Origin: an uncultured Clostridia bacterium
GTDB taxonomy: Bacteria > Bacillota > Clostridia > TANB77 > CAG-508
NCBI GenBank assembly: GCA_947623595.1
Contig: CANQHC010000007.1
Location: forward strand, 551-64,550
Reading direction: 5' to 3'
DNA length: 64,000 nt
Part shown: positions 1 through 11,484 of the stretch, piece by piece
Position numbering within the stretch: the first letter of the stretch is position 1
Layout: each line of letters opens with the position of its first letter
Program-made: the position numbers and the translations under genes
Notes under the pieces: model-generated
The model's database searches: none
What the model was told of the DNA's origin: nothing
Seen by the model: only the letters and a program-made list of their open reading frames with translations

Positions 1-1146
1 AATATCAACACCAAGCTCAACATGAGTTCCTTCCATGTCATGGTCTAAGGCTTTACCTATATCATGTAACAAGCCTGCACGCCTTGCAAGTTTTGGGTCT
101 AGCCCTAATTCTTCTGCCATAATTCTTGCTAAATTTGATACTTCAATAGAATGATTTAAAACATTTTGACCATAACTTGTTCTGTATTTTAATTTTCCAA
201 TTAGTTTTACTAAATCTGGATGTAAACCAATGACACCAGTTTCTAATACAGCTCTCTCTCCTTCTTCTTTTATTGTTTGAGCTAATTCTTCTTTTGATTT
301 TTCTACCATTTCTTCAATTTTTGCTGGATGTATTCTTCCATCATCAATTAATTTTTGAAGAGCCATTCTTGCCACTTCTCTTCTTAATGGGTCAAATCCT
401 GAAATAACAACAGCTTCAGGTGTATCATCAATGATCAAATCAATACCTGTTAAAGTTTCAAGTGTTTTTATATTTCTACCCTCTCTACCTATAATTCTAC
501 CTTTCATATCATCGTTTGGAAGAGCTACAATAGATACGGTTGTTTCGGAAGTATGATCTGCTGCACATTTTTGAATTGCATAACCAATTACTTCTTTAGC
601 GGTTTTATCAGATTCTTCTTTTAATTTTGATTCCATCTCTCTTAATAAGGTTGCTTTTTCTACTGTTAATTGTTTTTCCATTTCAGAAAGTAAAAGTTTT
701 TTTGCATCATCTTTTGATAAGCCAGATATTTTTTGTAATACAGCAATTTGTTCATTCAAAACATTTTCAACTTCCTGTTTCTTTTCATCTAATTCCTTGT
801 ACTTATCTTCTAAGTCTTTTTCTTTTTTCTCTACTGTTTCTTGCTTTCTTTCTAAATTCTCTTCTTTTTGAATTAATCTTCTTTCTTGATTTTGTACTTC
901 GCCTCTTCTTTCTCTAACCTCTTGGTCTAAATCCTTTCTGGCATTCATAATTTCTTCTTTAGCTTTAAATATTTCTTCTTTTTTCTTATTTTCTGCTTCT
1001 ATGTTTGCCATTTCAAGTATTTTCTTAGCTTCTGCTTCTGCACTTTCCATTTTAGACTCAGCAATTTTTTTCCTGATAAACATTCCAACGAAAGTAAAAA
1101 TTACTGCTGAAATTAGAAAAACGGCGATATTGATTACGATATCCAT
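1..1146 (-). CDS. rny: Ribonuclease Y, N-terminal ~380 codons (C-terminus runs off the window start)
   Basis: Hand translation of the minus strand from ATG 1146-1144 gives [23 protein letters not shown] (membrane anchor). A long Lys/Glu coiled coil follows, then KH-type [12 protein letters not shown] and the HD motif [11 protein letters not shown] at the window edge. It is absent from the ORF track because no stop lies in the window. Confidence 0.9.
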   Translation of the reverse strand, partial: MDIVINIAVFLISAVIFTFVGMFIRKKIAESKMESAEAEAKKILEMANIEAENKKKEEIFKAKEEIMNARKDLDQEVRERRGEVQNQERRLIQKEENLERKQETVEKKEKDLEDKYKELDEKKQEVENVLNEQIAVLQKISGLSKDDAKKLLLSEMEKQLTVEKATLLREMESKLKEESDKTAKEVIGYAIQKCAADHTSETTVSIVALPNDDMKGRIIGREGRNIKTLETLTGIDLIIDDTPEAVVISGFDPLRREVARMALQKLIDDGRIHPAKIEEMVEKSKEELAQTIKEEGERAVLETGVIGLHPDLVKLIGKLKYRTSYGQNVLNHSIEVSNLARIMAEELGLDPKLARRAGLLHDIGKALDHDMEGTHVELGVDI

Positions 1147-1446
1147 AATCTTATACACCTCTTTCTTATTTAATTTTCAATGTACGAAATATATATCAAT
1201 AAATATCTAAAATTTATACTAGAATATATTTACTTACCTTATTATTTTATATTGATTATTGTAAACTGTCAAGTGGTTTTATATAAATATTACAACTTAA
1301 AGTTTACGTAAATCAAAATAAAATTACTAAAAGAATTATCCTTATTTTATACCAAAAATTTTCATATATGCCATAAAAAAATTTAATTTTCTTCTTATAT
1401 CTAATAATATTTTTAATTAAATTACAAACTTTTAATTTTATATAAA

Positions 1447-1486
1447 AAAAATCCCTTAAATAAAAATTTAAAGGATTTTATTTTTA
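1447..1486 (-). terminator. Rho-independent terminator after xerD
   Basis: AAATCCCTTAAA/TTTAAAGGATTT stem (one mismatch), followed on the minus strand by a T-run. Confidence 0.55.
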
Positions 1487-1494
1487 TAAAAATT

Positions 1495-2376
1495 TTATGC
1501 TCTTGGATGAGCTTTTTGATATATGTCTTTTAAGCCTGAGTCTTGAAATTGCATATATACCTGTGTTGATGAAATATCTGAGTGACCAAGCATTGTTTGA
1601 ATTGCTTTTAAATCTGCACCATTTTGTAATAGATGTGTTGCAAAAGAATGTCTTAATACATGTGGAGTTATATCTTTTGTAATGTGAGCTTGTTCTTTAT
1701 AATATTTTACTATTTTCCAAAAGCCTTGTCTAGTTAACCTTTTTCCATTTACGTTTACAAATAAAGCTTTTTCACTATCATTTTTTATTAATACTGGTCT
1801 TGCTTCATCAACATATTCTTTTAATGCTTTTAGTGATAATGTTCCAAGTGGAATTGTTCTTTGCTTAGAACCTTGTCTACAAACAACAAATCCTTCTTCT
1901 AAGTTTACATCATCTATATCTAAAGAGATAATTTCTGTAACTCTCATTCCTGTTGCATAAGCAAATTCTAACATTGCTTTATCTCTAGTTCCTTTTAAGT
2001 CTACATCTTTTGGTTGTTCTAAGAGCAATTCTACTTCCTGAGATGTAAGTACGCTAGGTGTTCTTTTTTCTACTTTTGGTGATTGTATATCATCTGTTGG
2101 GTCATGTTTTACTTTTCTGATTCTAATTAGAAATTGATAAAAAGATCTTAAAGATGCTAAATTTCTAGAAATAGTTGAAGTCTTTTTTCCTATTTCTTGT
2201 AAGTAATCTAAATATTTTTTCATATCTTCTTGAGTTATTTTAGCATAATTTATTTTGTTATTTTCTACATACTCTTCAAATTGTAAAATATCTCTTCTAT
2301 ATGATTGCAAAGTATTATCTGATAATTTTTTTTCATTTTGAAGAAATTCTAAAAAAGATTTTATTTGTTTTTCCAT
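1495..2376 (-). CDS. xerD: Tyrosine recombinase XerD/XerC family
   Basis: 293 aa. The N-terminal SAM-like domain reads LSDNTLQSYRRDILQF. The C-terminal catalytic region reads HVLRHSFATHLLQNGADLKAIQTMLGHSDISSTQVY. It sits next to spoIIM, as in many clostridia. Confidence 0.85.
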   Translation of the reverse strand: MEKQIKSFLEFLQNEKKLSDNTLQSYRRDILQFEEYVENNKINYAKITQEDMKKYLDYLQEIGKKTSTISRNLASLRSFYQFLIRIRKVKHDPTDDIQSPKVEKRTPSVLTSQEVELLLEQPKDVDLKGTRDKAMLEFAYATGMRVTEIISLDIDDVNLEEGFVVCRQGSKQRTIPLGTLSLKALKEYVDEARPVLIKNDSEKALFVNVNGKRLTRQGFWKIVKYYKEQAHITKDITPHVLRHSFATHLLQNGADLKAIQTMLGHSDISSTQVYMQFQDSGLKDIYQKAHPRA

Positions 2377-2529
2377 TTTAAGCTCCCCTACCCTTTATTA
2401 TAAATTTAATGTGCTAAAAGCACTTTTAATTTACATAAACCACATATATGTTATATCAAAATAATTTAATATTGTAAATAGATTTTTCTAAAAAATTAAT
2501 TTTTTTTCCTCATTTTTTTATGTATACCT

Positions 2530-3174
2530 TTATAAATATGGTATATAAATAGCTAGTAAGTTTGTAGATATATAAGTTTCTATAAATGCTGATAATAACA
2601 GTAATAATAAAATAATAACTGAAAATACGGTATGCCTAAATATTTCAAACTTAATATTTTCTTTTCTCTTATCTTTCATAATTGAACGATATAGCTTTAT
2701 TCCACTTACTGCTAATGATAGCATACATGGAATAAATATCAAATTTTGTAGCAACATACTTGTAATAAAAAATAAAATTCCTTTTCCCACACCCCATACT
2801 GCTGTACTAGCTGAAATAGTATATCCTAGGCAAAACCCCCTAAATGCTATAATTCCTAGAACAATCGGAATGCCAATAACTGTAGAACCTACAAACCACA
2901 TAAGAAATGTAAACACAAAATTATTTTTTATTGATTTTTGTAATAATTGTAGACTATCTATTTTGTTTCCATTTTTTAATAGATTAGTAAAATCAGTTAA
3001 GTATGTTTCAACTTCATTAATTTGTTTTTCATTCATATTATTCACAAAAAGTACTCCTAAGATGATTCCTATTAAAAAAATTAATGATACTATAATATAT
3101 GATTTTAGATTATCTTTTATATGGCTAATAGCTAAATTAGTAATTTTTGATTTTTTCTTGGGTAATATTCTCAT
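2530..3174 (-). CDS. spoIIM: Stage II sporulation protein M-like integral membrane protein
   Basis: 214 aa and polytopic, with a SpoIIM-like N-terminus (IKDNLKSYIIVSLIFLIGIILGVLF). It lies directly downstream of xerD. Confidence 0.7.
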   Translation of the reverse strand: MRILPKKKSKITNLAISHIKDNLKSYIIVSLIFLIGIILGVLFVNNMNEKQINEVETYLTDFTNLLKNGNKIDSLQLLQKSIKNNFVFTFLMWFVGSTVIGIPIVLGIIAFRGFCLGYTISASTAVWGVGKGILFFITSMLLQNLIFIPCMLSLAVSGIKLYRSIMKDKRKENIKFEIFRHTVFSVIILLLLLLSAFIETYISTNLLAIYIPYL

Positions 3175-3231
3175 TTTATTCCTCCTGCATATTTATACAT
3201 AATATCTATGCAATAAAATGAGATTTAGAAC

Positions 3232-4443
3232 TTACCCTACAGTTAATTTACCGTAAACACCACCTCCTCCAGATTGAATTTTTACTTGTCCTTCTCTTGC
3301 TGATACAATTGTTTTTGCAACTTTTTCGCCAACAACTGCTTCTATATCATCTTCTGATAATTTATGTAAAATATTCATTTCTGTTTCAAAAGTATTTAAT
3401 AATTTATCAATTGTTTTTGAGCCTAACCCTGGAATAAAAGTTAATGGAACTTGATAAATATAAGGTGGCCTACCTTCAGGGCTTTTTCCCTCTTCTTTAT
3501 CTCTAATAGTAACAATTCTATCCATTACTCCCATTGTTATATTATCTCCATGGCATATTGGACATTCTGTAATTGGAGGTTGACCTTCAATTGGTTTATC
3601 ACATTTTTCACAATATGTTCTGTGATATTTACCAAGTTTTGGATCTAATCCATAATTAGTTAAAATTTTTCTACCATCTTCATTCTTTAAAGCTTTTACT
3701 AATTCTTTATATGAAATATCTTCTAACAAAATTTTATTATATTCCCTAGCTATTTTGGGAAGAGAATGAGCATCTGAGTTTGTAACAAAAGTTTTTGTTT
3801 CTAATTCCGATATTTGATCTGCTAATTCTGTATCAGAACTTAGCCCTAGTTCAATAGCAAAAATTTTATTAAACTTTTCTTTAAATATTCTTTCGAGACG
3901 ACTTGTACAATTTCCATAGAAACTTTTATGTGGAGTAAAAGCATGTGCCGGAATTAAAATTCCATTATATTTTTCAACAATATCTACTAATTGATAAGCA
4001 GAAATGCAAGCTCTTTGTGAACTTAAAGTGATGTTTTTTATATATTTGCTCATCTCGTTTGAAAATCCCTTTATATCTGCTAAATGTGGAAAATAGCATA
4101 AATTATGTGCACTTCCTGTTTTTCCTTCATCATTAATTTCTGATGTTTCTATTTCACTACCTAAGATTATACAAACTTTATCTTTGTATATAATTCCCCC
4201 ATCTTCAATTTCGTATGCTTCTCCTGTTTTTAAAAAATCTTCAATATCTTCAATAACGTATGGTGAAGCACAATCTATAATTCCTACAATTTGAATTCCC
4301 TTTCTATCACAACATTCTTTTGCAATATTAGCAAAATTTAAACTTCTAGCAGCTGTAATTTTTATTGGTTTCCCTTTTTCACTCCTTCCAATATGAACAT
4401 GTAAATCTGCGAACATTTCTTTCATTTTTTCATTTCCTCTCAT
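3232..4443 (-). CDS. Endonuclease Q-like PHP-domain protein (TIGR00375-type)
   Basis: It has a PHP-type start (FADLHVHIGRS), a Cys4 knuckle (CEKCDKP...CPICHG) and a C-terminal HhH-like region. The likely true start is M7 (4425), preceded by GAGGAA. Confidence 0.6.
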   Translation of the reverse strand: MRGNEKMKEMFADLHVHIGRSEKGKPIKITAARSLNFANIAKECCDRKGIQIVGIIDCASPYVIEDIEDFLKTGEAYEIEDGGIIYKDKVCIILGSEIETSEINDEGKTGSAHNLCYFPHLADIKGFSNEMSKYIKNITLSSQRACISAYQLVDIVEKYNGILIPAHAFTPHKSFYGNCTSRLERIFKEKFNKIFAIELGLSSDTELADQISELETKTFVTNSDAHSLPKIAREYNKILLEDISYKELVKALKNEDGRKILTNYGLDPKLGKYHRTYCEKCDKPIEGQPPITECPICHGDNITMGVMDRIVTIRDKEEGKSPEGRPPYIYQVPLTFIPGLGSKTIDKLLNTFETEMNILHKLSEDDIEAVVGEKVAKTIVSAREGQVKIQSGGGGVYGKLTVG

Positions 4444-4469
4444 TTAATATTTTTTGTATTTGACCGAAA

Positions 4470-4496
4470 AAAAGATTGGGATAAAACCAATCTTTT
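4470..4496. terminator. Bidirectional hairpin terminator
   Basis: AAAAGATTGG / CCAATCTTTT stem with a 7-nt loop, flanked by an A-run and a T-run. Confidence 0.5.
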
Positions 4497-4519
4497 ACTT
4501 ATTTTCTTTTGTATCAATT

Positions 4520-4843
4520 TTATTTTGTTGGTTCATCTACCTCTGGATTATTTTTACCTTTTGGAATAGTTTTTGAGGAAATATCTTTACCATCTATAGA
4601 TGTTTCGTCAAATTCTATAAAAGGCCTACGTTCTGCCTGCATAGCATCTTTAATATCTTGCACATTAACAATAGGGGTATCTTCACTATTTTTTGAAATT
4701 GCTTCTTTTTTATTGTGTTCTTTTATTGCTTCTTCTATCATTTCATATTCTCTATTAGCTAATTTTATACAATTCAATAAATTAGAATTAGACATTCTGT
4801 TAAAATCAGTGCTAATTGTATCAATAACACCCCTATTTCTCAT
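4520..4843 (-). CDS. Hypothetical protein (107 aa)
   Basis: The ORF is translationally coupled to the upstream ORF by an ATGA overlap at 4840-4843. I recognise no motif. Confidence 0.45.
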   Translation of the reverse strand: MRNRGVIDTISTDFNRMSNSNLLNCIKLANREYEMIEEAIKEHNKKEAISKNSEDTPIVNVQDIKDAMQAERRPFIEFDETSIDGKDISSKTIPKGKNNPEVDEPTK

Positions 4844-5379
4844 AAAATTACCTCCTGCATTTGATTTATAAATTGTTTAAATTGATCCATATAATAATTA
4901 TCTTTGTCTTTTAAATTTCTATATTCTAGTAAAACAAGTGATTCATCAACTTTAAAAGCTATTCTTTCTGGTCTATCTAACAACATTCCTCCAAATTGAT
5001 CTACCAACTCTAGTATATCACTTTCTTTTTCCCTTGGATAACTTTGACTATAACGATTAACTTCTTCACAAATTTTACAAAATCTATCCGAAAAACCAAG
5101 TTTGCTTAAATACTCTGCTCCTTCTTTCGCATAAGATTTTATTCTAGTTAAATCCTGGGGTTTATCACTTTTTTTACAATTACAAAGTAAGCAAGCTGTT
5201 AAAATTGTGTTTTCATCCAAACCTAAATCCGTATTATTCAAAAACAATTTTGCAATAAAAGTTTTAAAAATTACAGACTTATCAAAGAAAATGCCAGTTT
5301 TTTGTTTTAAATAATACATGATTTCCATTTTCTTTATCCAATCTTTTTCAGATAAAATATAATCTGCAAAAGTTTCCAT
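4840..5379 (-). CDS. Hypothetical protein (179 aa)
   Basis: The ORF has RBS GAGAGGAG 5' of the ATG and a TTGAAT-N17-TATAAT promoter upstream. I recognise no confident family. Confidence 0.5.
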   Translation of the reverse strand: METFADYILSEKDWIKKMEIMYYLKQKTGIFFDKSVIFKTFIAKLFLNNTDLGLDENTILTACLLCNCKKSDKPQDLTRIKSYAKEGAEYLSKLGFSDRFCKICEEVNRYSQSYPREKESDILELVDQFGGMLLDRPERIAFKVDESLVLLEYRNLKDKDNYYMDQFKQFINQMQEVIL

Positions 5380-5559
5380 AAAACTTGCTCCTCTCTTAAA
5401 AAGTGTTTTTCTTGTGTATCATTACTTTTATCAATTTAATTATATGTTAATTCTATATTCAATTCAATATTGTTACAAAAATGTTATGTAAGTGTAATAG
5501 AGGCGTAACAATATTACTACATTCTTATTAATATGAAAAAAAGTTGGCGCAAAACACAA

Positions 5560-5602
5560 AAATACTTAACCTGTTAAAATTATTTCTACAGGCTAAGTAT
5601 TT
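5560..5602 (-). terminator. Terminator after coaE
   Basis: 14-bp stem AAATACTTA(A)CCTGT / ACAGG(C)TAAGTATTT, followed on the minus strand by TTTTTG. Confidence 0.65.
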
Positions 5603-5656
5603 ACACACTTTACTTGACAAAGTCATTTAAAATTTCATTTTTTCCAACTTTCTTCT

Positions 5657-6238
5657 TTAAATTTCTAAAATTATTTTTGCTATTTGCTTTTTCATGTCTT
5701 CTATTTTTTCATTATTAACAATCATCTTATCACATTTCTTTATATAAATATCATTTGAATATTGTGCATTTAATCTTGCAATAGCATGTTCTCTATCTAT
5801 TCCATCTCTTTTTATTATTCTTAATATTTGAATTTCTCTATCTTCAGAAACAACAGCAATTGTTACATCACAAATTTTTTCTAATTTTGCTTCAAATAAT
5901 AATGGTGCATCAATCGCAATTAATTTTTGATTAGATTTTTTTATTTCTTCTTCTATTTCTTTATAAATATATTTAAAAGTACAACTATTTAAGATATTTC
6001 TTTTTTCGGAGTCATGATAAATAATATTTGCTAATTTCTTTCTATTTAATTCTCCGGACTCCAATAAAATTTCAATTCCAAATTTATCTACTATTTCTGA
6101 TAAATAACTAGTTCCTTTTTTAGACAATTCTTTTGCTATCTTATCTGCTGTAATAATTTTTGCATTATAATCACTTTCTAAAATTTCACATACCGTACTT
6201 TTACCAGCACCGGAACTTCCTGTTATACCAATAACCAT
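5657..6238 (-). CDS. coaE: Dephospho-CoA kinase
   Basis: 193 aa with P-loop MVIGITGSSGAGKST and typical CoaE length. Confidence 0.9.
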   Translation of the reverse strand: MVIGITGSSGAGKSTVCEILESDYNAKIITADKIAKELSKKGTSYLSEIVDKFGIEILLESGELNRKKLANIIYHDSEKRNILNSCTFKYIYKEIEEEIKKSNQKLIAIDAPLLFEAKLEKICDVTIAVVSEDREIQILRIIKRDGIDREHAIARLNAQYSNDIYIKKCDKMIVNNEKIEDMKKQIAKIILEI

Positions 6239-6243
6239 TTGTT

Positions 6244-7491
6244 TTACTCCTTTATGTCATCTATGGTTACAATTTTATTTGTAAAATCTAAATTTGCCCA
6301 TGAATCTCTTTCATATCCTAAAGTATATACATTTGTTGCATATATATCCAATAAAAGCATATCTTTTAAAGTTTTATTTTTTGTATTCTCTAAAAATTGC
6401 TTTGTTGATGTTATCATGTTTATTTTTGGATTATGGCTTACGATCTCTGAAATTAATTGTTTTCCTTTTCTGCTATACCCCAATATTCTTGTATATGGAA
6501 TTATTTTTCTAGAAGTTTCCATCGCTTTTTGATCAATTCCCAATAATGCATATGTTAAGATTCTTTGTATTCTAGTTTGTGTATATCTCTTTGATTTTAT
6601 CATATTTACTAAATCAATAATATTATTACAAGAATCTGCTGCTTCTTTTATTACATTTTCTAAACCTTCAGACACATCTGGTAAATTTTTTATTTCTTCA
6701 ACTGTCATTTTTCTTAGTATATAAATAATTTCTTTTTGGAATTTAGATAGATCTAACACATAATGACCTTTTTTTAACTCTTGCCCTAATAAAAGGTATG
6801 ATGAAGGTGGAACTACTTTCCTAATATCATCAAATTGTTTTGTAACTATCATTTTCCTAATAGCTGTAGCACTTGCAAAGTCATCAACAATAATTTCATC
6901 GTTATAAAAAACTTTTTCTCTTCTTATTCCTATTGGTATTAAAGGGCTTTTCAATTTTTTTAAAGTTTTTAAATATTCAATTCCTAAAATATTATTTGCT
7001 CCTGCTAAAACATTTGCATATCTTTTAATGTCATTTAAGTATACCATTAAAGCATTTTCTCTTGCTTTTGGGAAAGACAATCCTTTTCCTAATTCATGGC
7101 TTAACATTGTTACATATTCTTTTGGCTCCTGATATAGTACATTTGCAATGTTATTTAATGTTGCTAAATCTTTAGCCTCCATTCCAAATGAAATTGAATC
7201 TACAACACCTAAAGAATCTAATAATTTAATAGCCCCCTCAGCAAAGTTTTCTGCACTAGATGTACTGTAAATCGCAGGAAGTTCTATTACTAAATCAGCT
7301 CCATTTGCAATAGCCATTTTAGTTTTTACCCATTTATTAATAATAGAAGTATTACCTCTTTGCACGAAATTACCTGAAATAACACATACTACATATTCTG
7401 CTCCAGATTGTCCTAGTGATTCTCTTATGTGATATAAATGGCCATTGTGAAAAGGGTTATATTCTGCAATAATTCCAAGTACTCTGCTCAT
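6244..7491 (-). CDS. tmcAL: tRNA(Met) cytidine acetate ligase (UPF0348/YlbM family nucleotidyltransferase)
   Basis: 415 aa. The N-terminus LGIIAEYNPFHNGHLYHI carries the HxGH nucleotidyltransferase signature. Confidence 0.8.
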   Translation of the reverse strand: MSRVLGIIAEYNPFHNGHLYHIRESLGQSGAEYVVCVISGNFVQRGNTSIINKWVKTKMAIANGADLVIELPAIYSTSSAENFAEGAIKLLDSLGVVDSISFGMEAKDLATLNNIANVLYQEPKEYVTMLSHELGKGLSFPKARENALMVYLNDIKRYANVLAGANNILGIEYLKTLKKLKSPLIPIGIRREKVFYNDEIIVDDFASATAIRKMIVTKQFDDIRKVVPPSSYLLLGQELKKGHYVLDLSKFQKEIIYILRKMTVEEIKNLPDVSEGLENVIKEAADSCNNIIDLVNMIKSKRYTQTRIQRILTYALLGIDQKAMETSRKIIPYTRILGYSRKGKQLISEIVSHNPKINMITSTKQFLENTKNKTLKDMLLLDIYATNVYTLGYERDSWANLDFTNKIVTIDDIKE

Positions 7492-7606
7492 TGGTAATTC
7501 CTCCTTTCCATATTATACTTCATTATTTATTTATTGACTTGTTTACTTTTATGATATAATATCATAAAAAAAAATATTTTACAATGAGTAAAGGAGAATT
7601 TATTTA

Positions 7607-8044
7607 ATGGATGAAGTAATTATATATACAGATGGTGCTTGTAGTGGTAATCCTGGTCCTGGTGGATTTGGTGCAATTCTAATGTTAGGTAGTAATAAAA
7701 AAGAAATTTCCGGCGGAGAAAAAAATACTACCAATAATATAATGGAATTAACAGCCGTTATTGAAGCTTTGAAACTTCTAAAAAGACCTTGTAAAGTGCA
7801 ATTATATAGTGATAGTGCTTATGTTGTGAATGCATTTTTGCAAAATTGGATTTCCGGATGGATACGAAATAATTGGAAAAATTCTAATAAGGAAGATGTT
7901 AAAAATAAAGAACTCTGGCAGGAATTAATTAATTTAACTAAAGTACATGATGTTACATTTCATAAAGTAAAAGGTCATAGTGATAATGAATATAATAATC
8001 GTTGTGATGAACTTGCGCGAAATGCAATAAAGAAGCTAGCTTAA
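7607..8044 (+). CDS. rnhA: Ribonuclease HI
   Basis: 145 aa with [23 protein letters not shown] and [19 protein letters not shown]. Confidence 0.9.
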   Translation: MDEVIIYTDGACSGNPGPGGFGAILMLGSNKKEISGGEKNTTNNIMELTAVIEALKLLKRPCKVQLYSDSAYVVNAFLQNWISGWIRNNWKNSNKEDVKNKELWQELINLTKVHDVTFHKVKGHSDNEYNNRCDELARNAIKKLA

Positions 8045-8164
8045 ATTTCTTCAGCTAGCTTTTCAACTTCTTCTTTACTAAGTTTTGTAATTTGGCAAAT
8101 TTGTTCAATATCTAATCCTAGAGTTAACATTTCTTTTGCCAACTCTTCATTTTCATTTTCTTCG

Positions 8165-9050
8165 CTATGTAACAATCCCATCTTTAGGTTTCTTTCCTTT
8201 CTTATTATTTTTCATTCGCTTTACTTTTCTTTTAGCAATTTTTATATTAGTTTTTACTGTTTTTGATGTTTTTTGAATTCCATCTTTTACTTTCTCTGTT
8301 TTCTCGTTTATTTCAGCCTTTACCTCACTTGCTTTCTCATTGAAGTCTTCCTTTATTTCCTCTGTTCTTTGTTTTATTTTTTCACTGTTTGCTTTTATAA
8401 TAGCTGTCAACTTTGGAAATGCATCTATCAGCCTTCTATTTAAGAACGATTTGTCTCTCAAAAATTGCCTTACTTTTTGAGATATTTCTTCTGTATTATC
8501 TTTTGGATTTTCTTGATCAAATTTTTTAGTAGTAGAACTTACATTTAAAATTATTTTTAATGAAATACCACAATCTACTATAAATATAGTTGCGATAACA
8601 ATACTAATAATTATCAATATATTCTCTGGAATTTGGCTCAATTGTGAAAAGATAAAAGGATTAATTATATAAATAATTAATAAACCAGCAATTCCAAATG
8701 GAATAATTGTTTCTAAGCAAATTCTACCATTAATGTTAAATTTCATATTTGAGTAATCCCACCATCTTGCATGAAAAAGTTTTTCCATTATATAACTAGT
8801 AAAATACTCTAAAATCGCACATACAACAATTGTTACACAAAATAACCCTATTGGATGATTTTTCATTCCGTGTCAATCCTAAAGTAATTAATACCCCTCC
8901 TACACCATAAATCGGACAATACGGACCTATTAAAAATCCTCTATCTGCAAACTTATGCTTTTCTATTAATTGAAGTGTTATTTCTATGAACCAACCACAT
9001 ATAGCTATAATAATAAAATATATAAAATAAGTTGCTATACTGTATATCAT
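8165..9050 (-). pseudogene. PF06541-like polytopic membrane protein (putative ABC-transporter type IV family), reading frame broken once at C-GGA
   Basis: The ORF track splits it into 8796..9050 and 8165..8866. Head: CGWFIEITL...RGFLIGPYCPIYGVGGVLITLGLT. Skipping C at 8870 and reading GGA (8869-8867) joins it to MKNHPIGLFCVTIV. Confidence 0.7.
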
Positions 9051-9138
9051 ATTTTTTCCTTTCTTCTATCATCTTATTTGATATTATAATCATTATTTTT
9101 TAAAATTACAATATTTCTTATAAATTCATTTCTTAATA

Positions 9139-11096
9139 TTAGTTAAGCTTTTCTAATTCTTTTATTTTATCTCTTATTTCTGCTGCTTTTTCAAATTCCA
9201 TTTGAGTTGCATAACTTAGCATTTCATCAGTCAATTTAGCTATAATATCTTTTAAATCTGTTTCTTTATCTAAATCATATTCTTCTTGTATTTCTTCAAC
9301 AAAACTTGCTTTAATAGTGTCTCGAATATCCTTTTTGATTGTTTGTGGAGTAATTCCATTTTTTTCATTGTATTCTTGTTGAATTTTTCTTCTACGATTT
9401 GTTTCACTAATTGCTTTTTCCATACTTTCAGTTAATTCATCTGCATACATTATAACTTTTCCATCCGTATTTCTTGCAGCCCTTCCTATGGTTTGAATTA
9501 ATGAACGCTCTGAACGCAAAAAACCTTCTTTGTCAGCATCTAAAATAGCTACAAGTGAAACTTCAGGAATATCTAAACCTTCTCTTAGCAAATTAATTCC
9601 TACTAAAACGTCAAATTCTCCTAATCGTAAATCTCTAATAATTTCCATTCTTTCCAAAGCCTTTATATCTGAATGCATATATCTAACTTTAATGTCAATT
9701 CCTGATAAATATGTAGTTAAATCTTCCGCCATTTTTTTAGTTAAAGTAGTTACTAATATTCTTTCCTTTCTATCTATTCTTTCATGAATTTGTTCTATTA
9801 AATCATCAATTTGATTAGTAACAGGCTTTACTTCTATTTTAGGATCTAGCAATCCTGTTGGACGTATAATCTGTTCTACTACGTTTTCTCTACTATGTTC
9901 TTTTTCATACTCTGCTGGAGTAGCACTTACAAATATACATTGATTAATTCTTTTTTCAAATTCTTCAAACTTAAGTGGCCTATTATCAAAAGCAGATGGT
10001 AAACGAAATCCATATTTTACCAAAGATTCTTTTCTTGCTCTATCTCCATTATACATAGCTCTTACCTGTGGTACAGTAGCATGTGATTCATCAATTAGCA
10101 ATAGAAAATCATTTGGAAAATAATCAAATAATGTATATGGGCTACTTCCAGGCTCTCTTCCACTGATATGCCTAGAATAATTTTCAATTCCTTGGCAAAA
10201 ACCAGTTTCTCTCATCATTTCAATGTCAAAATTTGTTCTTTCTTCTATTCTTTGAGCCTCTATTAATTTATTATTTTCTTTAAAATATTTTACTCTCTCT
10301 TCCATCTCTTTTTGAATATTTACAATTGCTCTTTCCATTTTTTCATGAGTAGTTGCATAGTGAGAGTTAGGAAATATCATAACATGTTGTCTAATTCCCG
10401 TTGTTTTTCCTGTTAAAGGATTTATTTCTGAAATTTTTTCTACTTCATCTCCCCAAAATTCTACTCTAATTGCGGTTTCGCCTTTGTCTGATGGATATAT
10501 TTCTACTATATCTCCTTTTGCTCTAAAAGTTCCTCTCTTAAATTCTAATTCACTTCTAGTATATTGCATATTAACCAGTTTTTTTAGCATTGAATTTCTT
10601 TCTATTTTCATATTTGGCCTTAATGAAACCGCCATGTTTTCATAATCAATAGGGTCACCTAATCCATAAATACATGAAACAGATGCTACAATTATAACAT
10701 CTCTTGTTTCAAAAAGACTTGCAGTTGCTGAATGGCGCAATTTATCTATTTCATCATTTACTGAAGAATCTTTTTCTATATAGGTATCTGATTGTGGAAT
10801 ATATGCTTCTGGCTGATAATAGTCATAATATGAAACAAAATACTCAACTGCGTTCTCTGGGAAGAACTCCTTGAACTCACTATATAATTGTCCGAGCTAG
10901 TGTCTTGTTATGTGCTAAAACAAGAGTTGGTTTTTGCACTTTTTCTATTATATTTGCCATTGTGAATGTTTTTCCGTGAACCTGTAACTCCTAGAAGTGT
11001 CTGGAATTTCTTGCCCTCTTTAATGCCATTTGATAAGTATTCTATTGCTTCTGGCTGGTCGCCAGTAGGTTTATATTCTGAATGAATTTTAAACAT
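9139..11096 (-). pseudogene. uvrB: Excinuclease ABC subunit B, reading frame broken twice at C-GGA (net +2)
   Basis: The start is [15 protein letters not shown] at 11096. The extra C at 10976 sits inside Walker A (GVTGS-G-KT). The extra C at 10894 sits in [37 protein letters not shown]. Removing both gives a continuous 651-aa UvrB; I checked the frame arithmetic by hand. Confidence 0.9.
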
Positions 11097-11484
11097 ATTT
11101 TTCCTTTCTTGTGACCTTTTTACTATTATAAAAAGACAACTGTCAGCCAATAATTCGTCCTCAAATTCGTCCCCAATGGACTATTTTGGTTGGTTAATAG
11201 TAACTTTTTTTACACAGGACGAATTTAGGTCACAAATTTCTATCGCACTATTAAATGATATTAAACAATACTAAATACAATTTTTTACTATTTAATAATA
11301 TCATTTTTTACTTGAAAAAACAAGGCTTTTAGAATACCTTGTTTTTATAAGGGTGTGAATTTTAAGTAAAAATGTCCCATAAGAAATGAGACATTTTTTC
11401 ATTGTATAATTTCATTATCTTATAGCCGAGTAGCATCCTACTCGGCTTTGTTTTAGCTTTGGTATGCTATTATAGTGTACAAAT

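Noticed and set aside
627-1210. Plus-strand ORFs 627..917 and 1001..1210. Many similar Leu/Phe/Ser/Ile-rich ORFs lie antisense to long genes, for example 12236..12646, 25005..25319, 28922..29269 and 52732..53202.
   Set aside because: They lie opposite genes with strong family signatures (rny and others). They have low-complexity, AT-mirror composition and no RBS. They are typical shadow ORFs of an AT-rich genome.
1495-2376. Tyrosine recombinase as the integrase of a mobile element, or the invertase for the inverted-repeat cassette at 42.9-44.5 kb.
   Set aside because: It has full XerD-type architecture in the conserved housekeeping neighbourhood (rny, spoIIM). It lies 40 kb from the repeats and has no flanking att-like repeats.
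4840-4843. The ATGA overlap between the 179-aa and 107-aa ORFs as a possible frameshift-split single gene.
   Set aside because: The overlap is the standard stop/start coupling motif and both ORFs are intact. Nothing suggests a fused ancestral protein.
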